64,000 nucleotides of DNA, taken from Rhodospirillales bacterium. GTDB lineage: Bacteria; Pseudomonadota; Alphaproteobacteria; Rhodospirillales; Casp-alpha2. Location: NCBI GenBank assembly GCA_965659695.1, contig CBFHXC010000001.1, positions 3,845 to 67,844 on the forward strand, in the 5' to 3' direction. Position 1 is the first letter of the stretch, and each line of letters starts with the position of its first letter. This document shows, piece after piece, positions 61,087 to 64,000 of this stretch. Made by a program: the position numbers and the translations under genes. Under the pieces are notes generated by a model. It was not told the DNA's origin and did no database searches. It saw only the letters and a program-made list of their open reading frames with translations.

Positions 61087-61820
61087 TGCCCGGCACTCCC
61101 CTGCAGCAACGCGACCGCAGCGCGGGGATCGATGCGCCCGTCGTAGACGGCGCGACCAGAGATCACACCTTCGAACATGTCGCCCGCCTCGGCCTTGATC
61201 TGATGCAGATCGTCCATCGACGACACACCGCCTGACAGAATGACGGGAATATCGACAGCGTTCGCGAGGGAAATCGTCGCTTCCAGGTTCGGGCCCTGCA
61301 TCGCGCCATCGCGACCGATGTCGGTAAAGATCAGTGCGGACGCGCCGGCGTCTTCGAATTGTTTCGCCAAGTCTTCGGTTTTCAATTCCGTCACATCGGC
61401 CCAACCTTCGACCGCGACGAAGCCATCTCTGGAATCGATGCCCAAAGCGACTTGCCCGGGAAATGCCTTGCATGCTTCACGTACCAGGTCGGGATCGCGC
61501 ACGGCAACGGTGCCCAGGATCACGCGGCTAAGACCCCGGTCGAGCCAACCTTCAATGGTTTGCATATTTCGGATGCCGCCACCCAACTGGACTTTCATAT
61601 CCACGCAATCAAGCACGTTTGAAACCGCATCAGCGTTGGCTGGTTTGCCCGCAAAGGCACCATCCAAATCGACCATGTGCAACCACGTGCATCCGGCTTC
61701 CGAAAACGCCTGTGCCTGTGCGGCTGGGTCATCATTGAACACCGTCGCCTGATCCATATCGCCGTGAACCAAACGCACACAGTTGCCGTCTTTTAAATCA
61801 ATCGCAGGAAAAAAGATCAT
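61083..61820 (-). CDS. hisA: ProFAR isomerase
   Basis: [39 protein letters not shown]. Start set at the ATG at 61820. Confidence 0.97.
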   Translation of the reverse strand: MIFFPAIDLKDGNCVRLVHGDMDQATVFNDDPAAQAQAFSEAGCTWLHMVDLDGAFAGKPANADAVSNVLDCVDMKVQLGGGIRNMQTIEGWLDRGLSRVILGTVAVRDPDLVREACKAFPGQVALGIDSRDGFVAVEGWADVTELKTEDLAKQFEDAGASALIFTDIGRDGAMQGPNLEATISLANAVDIPVILSGGVSSMDDLHQIKAEAGDMFEGVISGRAVYDGRIDPRAAVALLQGSAGQ

Positions 61821-62461
61821 GGCGTCCACCGCAAAAAGTTCGTGATAATCCGAAGGCCCGCATGCTGGCTTTTTTCCGGATGAAATTGTGTGCCGACCAT
61901 ATTGTCGCGGCCAACGGCGGCTGTGATTTCTGCGCCGTAGTGCACAGACGCCAGTCGCTGCATTGGGTCGGTCGGCACCAGATGATAAGAGTGCACAAAA
62001 TACACGTGCATCCCAGATGCGATCCCCTGCAAAAACGGATGGGGTTCGTCGGGGATGACCAGTTCGTTCCAGCCCATATGTGGGATTTTCAAATGCGGAT
62101 CGTCGGGCCGAATGCGGTCCACGTCGCCAGGGATCCACCCAAAGCCATCTGTCGTGCCGTGTTCTAATCCGCGTGATGCCATCAACTGCATCCCGACACA
62201 GATTCCAAAAAACGGTTTACCCGCATCTTCGACATGTTCACGGATCGCCTCGGCCATGCCATCGACAGCCATCAACCCGCGTTTGCAATCGGCGAAGGCC
62301 CCGACACCCGGTAGCACGACACGATCAGCTTTACGCACTTCGTCAGGGTCACTGGTGACCAAAATGGTTTCAGGTACTTCAGCTTCTGCGACAGCACGCT
62401 CAAACGACTTGGCGGCAGATCGCAAATTGCCCGATCCATAATCGACGATGGCGACCGTCAT
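61817..62461 (-). CDS. hisH: Imidazole glycerol phosphate synthase, glutaminase subunit
   Basis: [29 protein letters not shown]. Confidence 0.97.
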   Translation of the reverse strand: MTVAIVDYGSGNLRSAAKSFERAVAEAEVPETILVTSDPDEVRKADRVVLPGVGAFADCKRGLMAVDGMAEAIREHVEDAGKPFFGICVGMQLMASRGLEHGTTDGFGWIPGDVDRIRPDDPHLKIPHMGWNELVIPDEPHPFLQGIASGMHVYFVHSYHLVPTDPMQRLASVHYGAEITAAVGRDNMVGTQFHPEKSQHAGLRIITNFLRWTP

Positions 62462-62850
62462 GGATAAATACTCCCACCGGAAATGTCGGCGCGTTCCAGG
62501 AATCGCCGCAATGCGTCGTCTTTGTTTTTACCGGTGACCACGCCAGCTTCGGTGAAGCCGCGTTGTTCCAACTGCCAACGGTGGACGTCATTCCCGATAA
62601 AGCCGACCTCTAATGAGATTGCGATGGTGATCAAGGCCTGAACTGTTTCGTTCACACCTAGCAATTCGGCTGCGGTCCCTGCCAATATCACAACGGTAAA
62701 GATCGCCAGTGCGGGCCACCACATCCGTGTCGCCAAGGCCCATAGAAACGTGAACAGAAACGCGGGCCAAGAGAATCCCTCTTTGACCAAAACTAAATCG
62801 CTTTCCGCATCACGGCCATGATCACGCAGGAATACAGAGTAAAGTTTCAT
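62458..62850 (-). CDS. DUF2628-family membrane protein
   Basis: [13 protein letters not shown]...W, LEQRGF; the usual gene between hisB and hisH in alphaproteobacteria. Confidence 0.8.
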   Translation of the reverse strand: MKLYSVFLRDHGRDAESDLVLVKEGFSWPAFLFTFLWALATRMWWPALAIFTVVILAGTAAELLGVNETVQALITIAISLEVGFIGNDVHRWQLEQRGFTEAGVVTGKNKDDALRRFLERADISGGSIYP

Positions 62851-62858
62851 ATGTATAG

Positions 62859-62992
62859 CCCCCTCACCTGTCCTCTCCCCCGCTGCACGGTGGAGAGGGA
62901 CCCTGCCGATACAGCTTTGAATCTAATCCCTCTCCCCGTCGCCAATTTAATTGGCGCGAGCCAATGTGCGGCGGAGAGGTTAGGTGAGGGGG
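62859..62992 (-). repeat. Family A element, copy 5 (inverted, with nested insert)
   Basis: CCCCCTCACCTGTCCTCTCC..GGAGAGGGACCCTG-spacer-TCCCTCTCCC-[CGTCGCCAATTTAATTGGCGCGAGCCAATGTGC]-GGAGAGGTTAGGTGAGGGGG. Confidence 0.88.
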
Positions 62993-63013
62993 TGAGACCC
63001 CGGTGTAAGTTCG

Positions 63014-63601
63014 TCAAAGCACGCCTTTCGTTGAGGGCACTTCGTCGGCTTTGCGTGGATCAATTTCAATCGCTTGGCGCAAGGCCCGCGCGATCCCCTT
63101 ATAGCACGATTCTACAATATGGTGGTTGTTCTCGCCATAAAGGTTATCGACATGCAACGTAATGCCGGCGGCCTGGGCAAATGCCTGGAACCATTCTTTG
63201 AACAGTTCGGTATCCATATCGCCGAGCTTGGGTTTTGAAAATTCAACACGCCAAATCAGGTACGGGCGGTTGGAAATGTCCAACGCAACACGGCTCAGGG
63301 TTTCATCCATCGGGATATAGGCAGACCCATAACGAGTGATCCCCTTACGATCGCCCAGCGCCGCGGCAAAGGCTTCACCAATAGCGATACCGGTGTCTTC
63401 GGTGGTGTGGTGGAAATCGATATGCAGGTCACCCTCCGCCTTCACGGTCAGGTCGATCAGGCTGTGCCGGGACAGTTGTTCCAGCATGTGATCAAGGAAC
63501 CCAATCCCGGTGGAAACATCATACGTACCCGTGCCATCCAGGTTGAGGCTGACAGAGATTTGCGTTTCTTTTGTGTTTCTCTCAACAGAGGCAGTGCGCA
63601 T
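63014..63601 (-). CDS. hisB: Imidazoleglycerol-phosphate dehydratase
   Basis: [29 protein letters not shown]. Confidence 0.98.
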   Translation of the reverse strand: MRTASVERNTKETQISVSLNLDGTGTYDVSTGIGFLDHMLEQLSRHSLIDLTVKAEGDLHIDFHHTTEDTGIAIGEAFAAALGDRKGITRYGSAYIPMDETLSRVALDISNRPYLIWRVEFSKPKLGDMDTELFKEWFQAFAQAAGITLHVDNLYGENNHHIVESCYKGIARALRQAIEIDPRKADEVPSTKGVL

Positions 63602-63710
63602 ATCGTAACTCCTTTGAAATGCGGGGTTCTTCTAGCAGGCTTGCTGCGAATTCGCCAGCCCCCAAGGTCTCGCTTTATCGCCCATATTTTGAATGGGTCA
63701 TCGAATGCGG

Positions 63711-63740
63711 CTTGACCGCTCTGACCGATCAGACCACATA
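63711..63740 (+). promoter_or_regulatory. Putative RpoH promoter of hslV
   Basis: CTTGAC-N17-CCACATA about 30 nt upstream of a heat-shock gene. Confidence 0.5.
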
Positions 63741-63769
63741 CACTGTGTATAGATGATTAAGGAAAAAGA

Positions 63770-64000
63770 ATGATTTCCGAAGCTAATCCTGCCCAGTGGC
63801 ATGGCACGACCATTTTGTCCGTTCGTAAGAATGGGATCGTTGTAATTGCAGGTGATGGTCAGGTCAGCCTGGGCGACACCGTGGTCAAATCAAACGCGCG
63901 CAAGGTGCGCAGGTTGGCTGGTGACCATGTGATCGCTGGTTTTGCTGGCGCAACCGCAGATGCCTTTACGTTATTTGAGCGCCTGGAAGGCAAGCTTGAA
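63770..64000 (+). CDS. hslV: ATP-dependent protease subunit HslV, 5' part
   Basis: Manual translation: [11 protein letters not shown]...AGDGQVSLG...[19 protein letters not shown]. Confidence 0.96.
   Translation, partial: MISEANPAQWHGTTILSVRKNGIVVIAGDGQVSLGDTVVKSNARKVRRLAGDHVIAGFAGATADAFTLFERLEGKLE

Noticed and set aside
60322-62138. Long N-terminal extensions of hisF and hisA in the ORF track (likewise ybeY, nth, the DUF2244 gene and hipA)
   Set aside because: The extensions overlap neighbouring genes in other frames; the conserved N-termini begin at downstream ATGs.
32718-62992. Palindromic repeats as a CRISPR array or integron attC sites
   Set aside because: Copies are dispersed rather than tandem with unique spacers. 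No cas or intI gene is present, and no consistent RYYYAAC/GTTRRRY ends were seen.

Overview
A core-chromosome segment of an alphaproteobacterium. The gene order resembles Rhodospirillales (inference): metK-lnt-corC-ybeY-phoH-miaB-fur-mucR-tsaB...nfuA-trpS-murJ-glnD-mutS/maeB, then gshB-yraN-rsmI/lpoA-hemW-rdgB-rph/hrcA-grpE-dnaK-dnaJ-dapB, nth, typA, the his genes and hslV. I found no rRNA, tRNA, CRISPR array, integrase or transposase. Accessory or unusual content: (1) a SAM-II riboswitch upstream of metK; (2) a hipBA toxin-antitoxin pair with an AT-rich palindromic leader; (3) a 1130-aa FecR-like/coiled-coil/RTX protein whose stalk carries a 70-aa repeat; (4) a decaying patch at about 32.7-36.3 kb with a 5'-truncated GNAT gene, a frameshifted comM and a lipoprotein pseudogene missing from the ORF track; (5) a modular set of short palindromic intergenic elements. 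These include five copies of a ~110-bp double-hairpin MITE/REP-like element, three of which carry a second ~30-bp CGTC-tagged palindrome inside a hairpin loop, and two of which appear to supply the Shine-Dalgarno of the next gene. A second family keeps a TCAAG loop while its stems co-vary. All calls come from reading motifs by eye; no database searches were run.
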